IMG/VR virus record: IMGVR_UViG_3300005805_000299
Span: 1 to 31,438 of that record
Length of the DNA: 31,438 nt
Direction: 5' to 3' (one strand)
Source: a virus
Lineage: Duplodnaviria > Caudoviricetes
Shown: positions 1-10,147 of the stretch, one piece after another
Position numbering within the stretch: the first letter of the stretch is position 1
Layout of the letters: each line of letters opens with the position of its first letter
The notes under the pieces: model-generated
The model's database searches: none
Seen by the model: the letters and a program-made list of their open reading frames with translations, nothing else
What the model was told of the DNA's origin: nothing
Translations under genes and position numbers: made by a program

Positions 1-1
1 T

Positions 2-439
2 GTTAATGCTCTGCCAATAGTTAATGACTTGTCAATTAAAAATATTGAAAATGGAATAAGTAGACAGTTCCTAAGAAATGTCAACAATGTTATATTAAAT
101 TTATTGACATATAAGGATAATCAGGACTTTAACTCCAATTTTGTGTTTTCTTTATTTGCACAAGATACGGCTAAGGTTGGAGCTGGTGTTTTTGTTGAAA
201 CTAAGCTTTCTTCTAGGAATGGGCTTTTGCATAATTATAAAGTATATGTTTACGCAAAAACACAAGATGGGTTAAAGTTCTTGTCTAGTAGTGACCAGAA
301 GTTACGAAAGGGCCATATATTGATATCACGTTTAATGCGAGTGCCTGCTGTTCCTGGCAAAATAACGGTAATATCAATTGTAGTAGATTCCAATGATGAT
401 ATTATTGGTCTTAGATATAAGGATGTCACTATAACATGA
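2..439 (+). CDS. Hypothetical protein, probably the C-terminal part of a gene beginning upstream of the window
   Basis: The frame is open from base 2 (VNALPIVNDLSIK...), so the TTG at 29 is probably not the start. The stop overlaps the next ATG (ATGA, 436-439). Confidence 0.6.
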   Translation, partial: VNALPIVNDLSIKNIENGISRQFLRNVNNVILNLLTYKDNQDFNSNFVFSLFAQDTAKVGAGVFVETKLSSRNGLLHNYKVYVYAKTQDGLKFLSSSDQKLRKGHILISRLMRVPAVPGKITVISIVVDSNDDIIGLRYKDVTIT

Positions 440-1470
440 GTTTCTTAGAAATCGATGATTCACTGTTCCAATGCGTTGCAGCTGGCATCGGTGGTGTAAC
501 GGTACCAGAACAGGTAACTATAATAGATTGTTGCCAAGACGCCGAGAATAATAGTATAATATATATTAATTGTTCTTTACGTGGCATATATGAGTATACG
601 CCTAAGTGTACTGTATCTTGGGATGGTGGCTCGGTAGATGTAACAAACTTAATTATCTACGGCTATAAAGGAGCTGGAGTCCAACCAGGGCTTCTTAGTG
701 TTGGATGTGGTACGGGCTCTTTTCTATTGGCATTTAACGCTGGTGTAGCTATTCCAAATTTTGCAACTTTGTCTACCATAACTGTTACGCTACAGTTTTT
801 AGGAATAGCATCTAACCCAAATTTAAGTCAATATATTCAAAGTTTAAATTTGTTTTCTTCCACGAATCCATCTGCTTCTATTATCTTAAATAAAGGCCTG
901 AACCCAAAGCCTTATAAGATATATCTTGATCCAGTAACTAATCAATTAAAGGTTCAGTATTCAAATCTTGGTGGTGCCGCATGCCTATGTGCAATAAATT
1001 GTGTTGCACCATCAGTTGATGACTATGACCTTACAGTTTGTGAAGATGAAGTTCAAGAAATTACAATAGATTCTAGTTCTGTATTTGGAGATCCAGCTGA
1101 AGCAAATGTAACATTTTTAGATCCTAAAGGAAATAAAACATCTTTAGATATACAATCTATGGTTAACGTAATACCATTAGCTCCTAATGTATTGCGTCAA
1201 AATACTCCAAATCATAATAATATATCTGTATTTTATAATTCTGCTAATGGTAAACCAATTAACCCGGAAAAGGTAAAGGTTCAGGTATTAAAATACGAAA
1301 ACAATCCTGATAATGTATATGTATGGAAAGATTGGACATCAAAGTCTTGGAAGTCTCTTTACGATAAAAATATAATACCAGGAAGAAAATATGGATATGC
1401 AGTTAGATTTAAAGGTGAATTTGGCGAAGTCAGTAACGCCTCTAGTTGGACGGTAGTGGAGGTAACTTAA
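436..1470 (+). CDS. Putative virion protein, Cys-rich N-terminal half, C-terminal fibronectin type III-like domain
   Basis: 344 aa. C-terminus LYDKNIIPGRKYGYAVRFKGEFGEVSNASSW matches the FN3 pattern D..L.PG..Y.Y.V.....G..S..S. About 10 Cys in the first ~205 aa. Confidence 0.65.
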   Translation: MSFLEIDDSLFQCVAAGIGGVTVPEQVTIIDCCQDAENNSIIYINCSLRGIYEYTPKCTVSWDGGSVDVTNLIIYGYKGAGVQPGLLSVGCGTGSFLLAFNAGVAIPNFATLSTITVTLQFLGIASNPNLSQYIQSLNLFSSTNPSASIILNKGLNPKPYKIYLDPVTNQLKVQYSNLGGAACLCAINCVAPSVDDYDLTVCEDEVQEITIDSSSVFGDPAEANVTFLDPKGNKTSLDIQSMVNVIPLAPNVLRQNTPNHNNISVFYNSANGKPINPEKVKVQVLKYENNPDNVYVWKDWTSKSWKSLYDKNIIPGRKYGYAVRFKGEFGEVSNASSWTVVEVT

Positions 1471-1471
1471 T

Positions 1472-4400
1472 TTGACTTTTAATCCTCAGTATGGTTTTTG
1501 GGCGTCTGAAGATTTTACATCATCTGATGGTGCTGTTTATGCTAATCCTTTAGCTTTCCAGATTCTTAATGGAGCAACTACCTATATACCATCGGGGTAT
1601 ATTGGTTCAGTTAAAGTTTTTAACGGTATCTGGGACCCTGTCAGGTCTTGGAACATAGAAAATAAAATAGACTCTTTATCTGGTTTATCTGGAAATTTTT
1701 CCACTGTTGTAACTACAGGCTACAATTCAAATATAACTGGATTTGTTGGCTATTCTGGCTTAAGTGGCCAATCTTCTTTTGTTACTGACACTCCAAGTCT
1801 GGTATACGATACTGTTAATAGTTACTATACTAGTGGTTCAGCTGCATCTTTTGTTTATAACGCTGACACTCTAAGCACTTCTCAATTTTCAAATTTTGTT
1901 CTTGAATTTTCTGCAAGGACATTAAGAGACAAGATAAGTCACTCTTTGTATACTGATGTTTCTAGTGGTGTTTCTTGTCATGGCATTACAATAGCTAACG
2001 CTGGAGGCAGTGAAACTTTTATTGAGATACATCCAGATGGATTAAAAGTTCATGGAGTTACTGGAGCAATATTGCCAGGAGATTTTTCATCGTCTGCAAG
2101 AAGAATCAGAATAGTAAGAATTGCTACTGGCTCTTTAGTGATTATGGCAGACGATGGGAATAGCCTTTATGTCCCAACTGGGTTTAATACAGCAAATACA
2201 TCTTTACCTTTGGGACAGTATATTTCGTTTGGAGCTCATCCTGTTTCTACTGGCGATGTATATTACAGTGGAGTTACAGCTTCTGGGTTTAGTGAGTTAA
2301 ATTGGCTATTAGACCAAAGCGGAATTTCTGGCATTGCTGGTTTCGTAGGAACAACATTATGGGATGATATTAATTTTAAGTTCAGTGATACTACATATAC
2401 TAATCCTTCAGGATCTATTTATAGTTGGCCTACTGGAGAAAATTTAATATATTCGGCTCCATGGTACCCTAGTGAATCTTGTAACTCGTACCTAGGCGCA
2501 GTAGTGGATTCTATTCAGGTAGGAGCAGGATATACTAAAGTCTCTGCACAATATTTAGCTCCATCAGGCTATGAAGGCGGTTCGTCTTGGACAGATTATG
2601 ACTCTATTGTAACTATTACCAATAAGTCTGACACGTCTACATATTTAGACTTGTCAAAAATGCCAATATACCATGGATATACAAACGCGGTAAGATTTAA
2701 AATTGCTTCATCAGGTTCTTCAAGCCAAGTTCCGCAAATCGATACTATTACCGTAATTGGAAAAAATGAAGAGGACGATTTTGTAGAAGTGACACCAAAT
2801 TGGAAGCTATCTTCTCTTCCAAAGAACATTTACTTTACTGTAGATAAAACTAAATATAGTGAGCATATACCAAAAGCTCACTATCAAGATGATATATTTA
2901 TCCACAATGAAGACTCTACTGCTTTATATACTCCAGGTGAATTCATTGTTAATTCTGGTTTTAATTTAGCATCCGGCGAGGTTATGACTTCTTTAGGAGG
3001 AGACGGTATCTCCCGGGTTTTAGATGGCAAGTATGGTTCTGCTTTTAGAAATGTCGTTTCCAGTTCTGGAATTATAAATTCTACCGTAGCTCCTGCATAT
3101 TACAGTGTAAGTACTGGTATTTTTATTGGAAAATTAAATGATTCTTTTACATTTTATCCAGCTGTAGCGTCACTTCCTAGTACTGCTACTGGCACTGCTG
3201 TGTGCTCATTTTCCTATGATACCTATGTTGGATCTGATGGTGATGTACTAAACACTCAGACTGTTAACTTAGCAAGTTGGACCGATGCTAGTAGTTCTGC
3301 TATAATTGGTATAAAGCTTTCTGGAACTTCTGGAGGGCCAGCTAACGATCTTGTAAATGTATATGAAGGAATACTTTCAATTCCTAAAGGCCCTGGAATT
3401 GTTGCTTCTATAACAAATGGACTAGAAGAATATCAATATTATATTGATGGACACAATTATAGAACTCCAAAAGAATTTAAATGTGCAGCAGTATTTACTG
3501 GATCTTCATCTAATACTAGTTTAATTCTTGGATTTAGAGCACGCAGGTCTGAGCCAAGCGGACTAGACCCTGTTAGATGGGGAGAATGGGCTTCTAGGCT
3601 AGAAGAGCATAATAATAGCGAATTCACGCTGTATTCTTTATCTGGATATACTGCTACACATTCATATCTACAATTTATTTCTACTGGAGATGCTTCACGA
3701 TTTAGCTACCTAAATGATTATGATATATATGATACAGTATCATATAGGCCAGTAAGGCGAGGTTCAATGCTATTTGAAGGCTGGTTTAGGCCATTTGGCT
3801 TAACCGGTTCTGCTAATAGCGGTGTGTTATTCCAAACTTTAGATGCTCAAAATAGAGGTTTACAGCTTTATTTAGATAGATCTGGCTATCTTACTGCATT
3901 AGTTAATATAACTTATTCATCGGCATCTATTGGCAATAGGCTTGATGCTATAACTAATATTGGTCCAATGGCTAATCAGGTAATGTATTCTGGCATTTCT
4001 GGAGTCGTTACATTGGCTGGCACTTCTTCTCCAATTGCTTTTGGAGATTGGAACCATATTGGTGTGTATCAGGATACTAGATGTTTAGGTGATACATATA
4101 CTACTACAGACCAACCAGATATAGCAGATGGACAAAGCAATCATGGCGCTAGGACATCTAGACTTTACCTAGAGGTCAATGGCAATATAGTGAACAGTAC
4201 CGATCTTGCTTTGCCAGGCTACACTAAACGTATATTTGGTGATGGAACTGTTGCTACTTCATATCCTGTTGGGGATCAATATTCTAAATGCTGGCCAAGA
4301 GTAACTGCTTTTGGTATAACTGGGTCAAGAACTGCTGTTCTAGGTAAAGATGTAATATGCGACTTTGATCATGTAAGGTTTGGTATCCATAATACTGTGG

Positions 4401-6679
4401 ATGCTAGAATGTGGTCAAACGTTTTAGGTGCAAAAACAACACCTCCATTGTTTACGCCATGGAATGCAATTAAAATGCCAACAATGGTTTCTGGTGAATA
4501 TGATCATATGAAATATGCTCATATTTATAGATTTGATTATCCAACGTCTTATCAAGGTTGGGATGAAGGCTTTGCAATTAACCATGGCATTTTTTCAAAT
4601 TATGCCACGTCTACAGAACTAACTTCTCGTGGAATCAATGGGTCCAAATTCTTTATTGAAAAAGTTGATGATGGTCCTAAAGGTCGTTCTGCTTTAAGAC
4701 TTGGTCCAGGTACAAATATGGTAATCCCTTGGAATTCTTTAGATGAAAGAATGTTCAATGGAACTGGTAGTATGTCTTTATTCTGGGCTGGTAATGCTAC
4801 TAAAGCGGGATTTTACTACGCTAACAGTGGAACTTATCTTTATAATTTAAGCTCTTGGTATACAGGCGTACAGTCTTTTGAAGAAACGACAGCTAACTCC
4901 AGGGTTGCTTTTGGAGGCAAATTTAGGCTCCATAATTATCCAACAGGGACTTATATTGGGGATTTAATGGCTTATGAGGAAACTAATGCTCAAGTCTCGT
5001 ACCCTAGAGCTGGGATTTATATTGCAGTAAATTCTGGGGGCGTTATTTGCTATGGAACTAGAAGAGTAGGCGCTTTTGATACTCATGACGGTAACGCAAA
5101 TCCTCATATAGTTGGACAATTTACAGGCAATGTGTTGCCTCTTAATGAATGGCACCATGTAGCTATAGACACTAAGCTTGATTATGGTATTGGATATGTA
5201 TCATTATATTTTGATGATCAATTAGTAGAAAAACATACTGTCTTTTTAAATGACGATGGGACTACGAGCTCTATTTCTGGAAGACCCGTTGGATATCAGG
5301 GCCTATTAGGCATGGAAACTGGCACCCTTAATTCAGGTACTTCAGGAGTGCCTACTCATAAGTCATGCTTTGTAATTGGTGGAGAGCTACCACATCCTAG
5401 CGTAATACGTACATATCAATATATGGATATGGATGTTAGCGAATGTTATGTATATATGCCAATCGGTGAATCCAGTTTAGTTGATTCTTCTTATAGCCCT
5501 TTAGATTTTTCATACACTGGTGATATAGAAATCAATGGGCATTATGATGTATCAATAAAAAACGATAGCACGAAAATTGCTAGTGTCATTGGGACTGGTC
5601 AAGGATATAATGCATTTTATTATGGGAAAGCTCTTTATCCGGCTACTAGCTTCTCTGAAGCTGGCGAACACTATTTCTATAGCACTTCTACTGCTGGCAA
5701 TGACCCAGAAAACTTCAAGGATTTTGGATATAAATTAGCTGATACAAATGTATTTAATAATGCTGAATCCTACTATGTTGTATATGAAGATCAGGAGGCA
5801 GTTAAGTCGTTTGGTACAACAGATAGTCCCATACAAATTTTAGAAAGGGTTCCACCAGAAGGTGTTAACCTTGCTTTGATTGCAAATAAAGAATGGGTAT
5901 CGGACAATGCACTTTCTGCCTTTAATTTATCTGATCAAAATTATGCAAACGTTACAAACCTAAATGGTGATTCTACAGTAGGATCGCTAGTTAAAATTGG
6001 TGGCATTATATCTGGCGTTGTATCATCTGGCTCATTAGCTGCTGAAGATGTTAGAATAAGTAGCTGTTCTGTTTGGAATGATGAGTCAAGTAATGCGTTT
6101 GTTGCATATTTTGCGCATTTAATTGGTGGAGACTTTAAAGGTGTCTATACACCAAGTGCATATAGTCATGGTGACGTAATTGGAGATTATGATAAATACT
6201 ATTTCAATAAGTCTAAAATTAAAGAACTTATAAAAATAACGGATGCAGATGGTAAAGAACTTTCTTTTGACGAGTTCCCATTCGATATAATTATATCGCC
6301 ATATTCTCCAAATATAGAAGACTATGATAATGGTGATCCAGAATATGTAGACCATTCTTTAATGGGATATGGAACTATTAATACTGGTTCAGTTAACGCT
6401 GATGGCATATTTACATGTACATTAATAAGCCCATATCAAACTATTGGGAAGTCAGTTTTTGTAAATTATCCTTCCCACGTCTATAAAGGCACGGTAATAA
6501 ATTTACAGGACTCTGAGGTATACAATCCTGTTCCATTAATGAAAAAGGTAGAATATGCTGATGGGCCTAAAGATGATGGGACTCCTGTGATCCCCGGAAG
6601 TTACTCTATTAATTATGGCACAAATCAAAAATATCTTGATATTACTATCTGGGGGGCAGACCTTTCTGGTTGGGTATAA
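1472..6679 (+). CDS. Large virion structural/adhesion protein with two LamG (concanavalin A-like) domains
   Basis: 1735 aa. TTG start with GGAGG at 1458-1462. LamG-type motifs FEGWFRP...WNHIGV...LYLEVNG and WHHVAI...LYFDDQLV. Ser/Gly/Thr/Tyr-rich. Confidence 0.7.
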   Translation: MTFNPQYGFWASEDFTSSDGAVYANPLAFQILNGATTYIPSGYIGSVKVFNGIWDPVRSWNIENKIDSLSGLSGNFSTVVTTGYNSNITGFVGYSGLSGQSSFVTDTPSLVYDTVNSYYTSGSAASFVYNADTLSTSQFSNFVLEFSARTLRDKISHSLYTDVSSGVSCHGITIANAGGSETFIEIHPDGLKVHGVTGAILPGDFSSSARRIRIVRIATGSLVIMADDGNSLYVPTGFNTANTSLPLGQYISFGAHPVSTGDVYYSGVTASGFSELNWLLDQSGISGIAGFVGTTLWDDINFKFSDTTYTNPSGSIYSWPTGENLIYSAPWYPSESCNSYLGAVVDSIQVGAGYTKVSAQYLAPSGYEGGSSWTDYDSIVTITNKSDTSTYLDLSKMPIYHGYTNAVRFKIASSGSSSQVPQIDTITVIGKNEEDDFVEVTPNWKLSSLPKNIYFTVDKTKYSEHIPKAHYQDDIFIHNEDSTALYTPGEFIVNSGFNLASGEVMTSLGGDGISRVLDGKYGSAFRNVVSSSGIINSTVAPAYYSVSTGIFIGKLNDSFTFYPAVASLPSTATGTAVCSFSYDTYVGSDGDVLNTQTVNLASWTDASSSAIIGIKLSGTSGGPANDLVNVYEGILSIPKGPGIVASITNGLEEYQYYIDGHNYRTPKEFKCAAVFTGSSSNTSLILGFRARRSEPSGLDPVRWGEWASRLEEHNNSEFTLYSLSGYTATHSYLQFISTGDASRFSYLNDYDIYDTVSYRPVRRGSMLFEGWFRPFGLTGSANSGVLFQTLDAQNRGLQLYLDRSGYLTALVNITYSSASIGNRLDAITNIGPMANQVMYSGISGVVTLAGTSSPIAFGDWNHIGVYQDTRCLGDTYTTTDQPDIADGQSNHGARTSRLYLEVNGNIVNSTDLALPGYTKRIFGDGTVATSYPVGDQYSKCWPRVTAFGITGSRTAVLGKDVICDFDHVRFGIHNTVDARMWSNVLGAKTTPPLFTPWNAIKMPTMVSGEYDHMKYAHIYRFDYPTSYQGWDEGFAINHGIFSNYATSTELTSRGINGSKFFIEKVDDGPKGRSALRLGPGTNMVIPWNSLDERMFNGTGSMSLFWAGNATKAGFYYANSGTYLYNLSSWYTGVQSFEETTANSRVAFGGKFRLHNYPTGTYIGDLMAYEETNAQVSYPRAGIYIAVNSGGVICYGTRRVGAFDTHDGNANPHIVGQFTGNVLPLNEWHHVAIDTKLDYGIGYVSLYFDDQLVEKHTVFLNDDGTTSSISGRPVGYQGLLGMETGTLNSGTSGVPTHKSCFVIGGELPHPSVIRTYQYMDMDVSECYVYMPIGESSLVDSSYSPLDFSYTGDIEINGHYDVSIKNDSTKIASVIGTGQGYNAFYYGKALYPATSFSEAGEHYFYSTSTAGNDPENFKDFGYKLADTNVFNNAESYYVVYEDQEAVKSFGTTDSPIQILERVPPEGVNLALIANKEWVSDNALSAFNLSDQNYANVTNLNGDSTVGSLVKIGGIISGVVSSGSLAAEDVRISSCSVWNDESSNAFVAYFAHLIGGDFKGVYTPSAYSHGDVIGDYDKYYFNKSKIKELIKITDADGKELSFDEFPFDIIISPYSPNIEDYDNGDPEYVDHSLMGYGTINTGSVNADGIFTCTLISPYQTIGKSVFVNYPSHVYKGTVINLQDSEVYNPVPLMKKVEYADGPKDDGTPVIPGSYSINYGTNQKYLDITIWGADLSGWV

Positions 6680-9600
6680 ATGACTAATTTATCTGATAAA
6701 GCCTTAAACTATCTTAGGAAGCTTACTGGGGAATTTACTACTAAGCCTTTGGGAGCCTTAGTTTTAATAAATAAAGAGTTTAAAAATTCTACAGTTAATT
6801 ATACAGTTCAAGTAACTAGTACTAATAGAATTATTTTATCTAATGGGACAAAAAGTTTCACTGTCATTTATTTAAATAAATCAATACGTCAAGTTGCGCA
6901 GGAGCTGTCTAATAGCCCATTCCCGATTGATGTTATTCCTTTAGCAGATATACAAAAGCTTGCCTCTAAGGAGCTTGTAGTATTTGCTCCAAAAGTTATT
7001 CCAACTGATTTTGATATTTATGATATATCAAATGATGGTAATGGCTGTATAATAAGGTCTATCAGATATGGGATTAAATACGATTCAATAACTGCTTTCG
7101 ATTTAAAAAGTCCATACCGTAATAATTCATTGCTACCGTGGTTTGCAAGGATTACAAACGGTACCTTTTCGCAAAAGTATAAAAATATAGTATACTATTT
7201 TGGCATACCAGAATATAAGGACCAGCTATGGTCAACTACTGCTGGTAAACCGTATATTGATGTTCAAGGTGAACAGGCAAATTTCGTAAACGGTAGCACA
7301 ATTAAGCTTGCTAGATCTCCAATTTTTTATAAAAATAATATCCTTATTACTAACTCTTCTGGGGAAAAAGTCTACTCAAGTTCAGTAATAAAGCATGTAG
7401 ATATAATCAATGGATATGTTTATATTGATCCTTCAGTTGATTTGCCTAGGGATATATCTGTATCTTATACTTATTATGAAAAAAGTTTAATATACAAAGG
7501 AATCAATCTAAACGGTCACTTTTCTCAAAATCCTTATATTTTAAATAAGTATATTGTATTTTATGCTTTACCTATAAAAAGTAGCGCTGGTGGTCATAGG
7601 TCACGAAGTATTTACCATGCAATTGGCACTTCTATAGCAGATGCTATATTTAGCATTAAAGTTGATGATCCTAATGAGCCTTTAACTGTTATTGGCGCTG
7701 TTAATGTGCAGTCATCTTTAGGTGCTGATGATATTTCTATTACTGATACAAGATCTTTTGGCGGAGGATTAAGGGATGACGAGGCTGGGAAAGCCACTGA
7801 AAAAAGATTTAAAGAGTCTCAGTATTTTTTTGATATAGGTAGAGTAGAAGGCATTCCATATCCTGGAACTGCTGCTATTGTAGTTGATATTCCTTCTTCT
7901 TTAAAAGAGGTGCTAACTCTTGCACAAATAAGAGAGAGAGCTAGTAAATTTATTGCAGCAGGGGTTTATCCTGTAATAAATATTAATAATGAAAGTTATT
8001 ATAATCAATTTGATGTTAACGAATATAATTCAGATATTTCTTTTGTTAACTATGGATTAGCTTACTCTAATCCCGGGTATTCAGAATCAACATATGGATT
8101 AAGTGGCACGGCTGGCGGCTATCTAAATATAAATAATGCCCTGCCGACTGGCTTATATACTAATCAGTATTCCACTACAGGCAGTAAGATATGTCCTACT
8201 GTTCAAAATGGAATTCTTAAACTGTCTCCTGGAGAAAAGTATAAAGTATCTTTTATCAAAGGTTCTGCAGACGCTGTATTTTCATATGAATGGAAAACAA
8301 AAGATGGCGAATGGCAGCTCAAGACTGTTAACAATTTTAATACCGTTTCTACGGGAAACTTAAGTTGCCAATCTTTTGATCTTGATGCAAGTTATGGCTA
8401 TAAAGAAATACGAAACATAACAGGTTTAAGCCCTTATATTTTAAGTCAAAGTTTTTTTGATGATTGTTTATTGTCATCAACTAGAATAATAGAATATACG
8501 CAACAGCAGTCTAATGGCTATTCATTAACTGGATATACTCCAGATGTTTTTAATTTTGACTTAGAAAGTAGTCCAATTACCATTGGAGTTCCTAAGGCAC
8601 TAGAGCCTATTTTTACTAATTATGACAATTTATGGAGAATGAATTATTATTCTGAAATTCAGAATTCTTTGTTGTCTGGTCATGTAGCTGTAATTTATTC
8701 TGGAACATTAGGAAACACTTTCCCACTGCCATATAACTATAGTAACGGTTCTTTTGCATCTGCCTATAATGGTACATATGATGCATTAAAGGATGTACAT
8801 GCTTATTCCAGGTATGTGCATGGAAGAATAAATGAAACTGTATTATCAAGTTCTGATAATATTCAAGCTGTTAACTTTACTGGCTCATCAGCTTGGATTT
8901 CTTTAAATCCAAGCAATGATATTACGCATGCTTTTTCAGGCGCTAATGCTATTTTTAATAAAGTATTTTCGTTGTCTCCATTTTCAAATGTTACAACAGT
9001 AAATAACGACATAATTACTCCGTTCTATAATCCAAGTTTAAATACTGCTATATCTTTATCTAGTTCATATTCTAATGGAGAAGTTACAGAAAATAATAAC
9101 AATCTTTATTTAGGATGTAATTATATTAAAACAGCTGCGGCTTTTTACTCTTCTCAAACATCGCCTTCTACTGGAGTTTATAACTCCGATGTTAGCACAA
9201 GAATACCATACAACTGCAGAGACTTAGCCATATCTGGAATGGCAATTTGGAACAATAACTTTAATATATATTTCTCTACTCCTACTTATAGTGGCAGTTA
9301 TTTGTTAAATAGCTGGGTAACAACATACAATAGGATATCAAGTTTTGCTTCAAGTTATCTCGATGCTGTATGTAATGCATATGACTATATATATTATGGC
9401 AATAAGGCTTGGGCAGGCTGGACAGGTCATGAAGCTAAATCTCCTATTTATTATGATGCTACAAATAATCCAGTTACTCATTTAAGTGGAGATATGACAT
9501 GGACTGGCAATATAGTATGGCCTGATTCTCAGACTTTTACTGCTATTCAGGCTCTTAATGTTCTTCAAAATGAAATACAGTCTAATATAGCTACCTTGAT

Positions 9601-10147
9601 CCCATATATAAGGACTAATGCTTATAATGGAGGCATAATGCAAAAAGGGATATTTAAAGCATTAAAATATTTGCTATGGCATCCAACAAATAGCTTAATG
9701 GGGCATGATTTTATTACTGGTAGTTACCCGAGTCATGTTGAGACTTTTGAAATTGGTATGGGCGCAGCCTTAAAAGGTTGTTTAAATGAAAATGGTATAA
9801 TAATAGAAGGTGGAAGTTTTAATTACCAAAACGCTCCATTTGATGCTGTGCTTCCTAATGATATGCTTGATGCATCTTTTTATGCAGCTAACTATTATAA
9901 TTTAGCAAACGATACTACAAATAGGAACAAGTGGTTGGCCATTGCTGAAGGGATATACAGGACTACAGAAAAATTATATGCCCTTAGTGGTGGTTATCCT
10001 TATAACCCATATTTTAGTGTGTCAGCATCTGGGGATGCTGGATCTTCAGTTTTGAATGGCTATCTACAAGTTTTAACTGCTTTAGATGCTCCACTAACTG
10101 ATGATGAGTTTATATATTTTGTCGGTTCGATAGATAGGGTATTCTAA
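6680..10147 (+). CDS. Putative baseplate/tail structural protein with a long C-terminal helical extension
   Basis: 1155 aa. The block DTRSFGGGL...YFFDIGRVEGIPYPG..IVVDIP...KFIAAGVYPVI (about 7745-7985) resembles a domain I recall from structural genes of other large phages. Abuts the upstream gene and overlaps the next by TAATG. Confidence 0.6.
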   Translation: MTNLSDKALNYLRKLTGEFTTKPLGALVLINKEFKNSTVNYTVQVTSTNRIILSNGTKSFTVIYLNKSIRQVAQELSNSPFPIDVIPLADIQKLASKELVVFAPKVIPTDFDIYDISNDGNGCIIRSIRYGIKYDSITAFDLKSPYRNNSLLPWFARITNGTFSQKYKNIVYYFGIPEYKDQLWSTTAGKPYIDVQGEQANFVNGSTIKLARSPIFYKNNILITNSSGEKVYSSSVIKHVDIINGYVYIDPSVDLPRDISVSYTYYEKSLIYKGINLNGHFSQNPYILNKYIVFYALPIKSSAGGHRSRSIYHAIGTSIADAIFSIKVDDPNEPLTVIGAVNVQSSLGADDISITDTRSFGGGLRDDEAGKATEKRFKESQYFFDIGRVEGIPYPGTAAIVVDIPSSLKEVLTLAQIRERASKFIAAGVYPVININNESYYNQFDVNEYNSDISFVNYGLAYSNPGYSESTYGLSGTAGGYLNINNALPTGLYTNQYSTTGSKICPTVQNGILKLSPGEKYKVSFIKGSADAVFSYEWKTKDGEWQLKTVNNFNTVSTGNLSCQSFDLDASYGYKEIRNITGLSPYILSQSFFDDCLLSSTRIIEYTQQQSNGYSLTGYTPDVFNFDLESSPITIGVPKALEPIFTNYDNLWRMNYYSEIQNSLLSGHVAVIYSGTLGNTFPLPYNYSNGSFASAYNGTYDALKDVHAYSRYVHGRINETVLSSSDNIQAVNFTGSSAWISLNPSNDITHAFSGANAIFNKVFSLSPFSNVTTVNNDIITPFYNPSLNTAISLSSSYSNGEVTENNNNLYLGCNYIKTAAAFYSSQTSPSTGVYNSDVSTRIPYNCRDLAISGMAIWNNNFNIYFSTPTYSGSYLLNSWVTTYNRISSFASSYLDAVCNAYDYIYYGNKAWAGWTGHEAKSPIYYDATNNPVTHLSGDMTWTGNIVWPDSQTFTAIQALNVLQNEIQSNIATLIPYIRTNAYNGGIMQKGIFKALKYLLWHPTNSLMGHDFITGSYPSHVETFEIGMGAALKGCLNENGIIIEGGSFNYQNAPFDAVLPNDMLDASFYAANYYNLANDTTNRNKWLAIAEGIYRTTEKLYALSGGYPYNPYFSVSASGDAGSSVLNGYLQVLTALDAPLTDDEFIYFVGSIDRVF

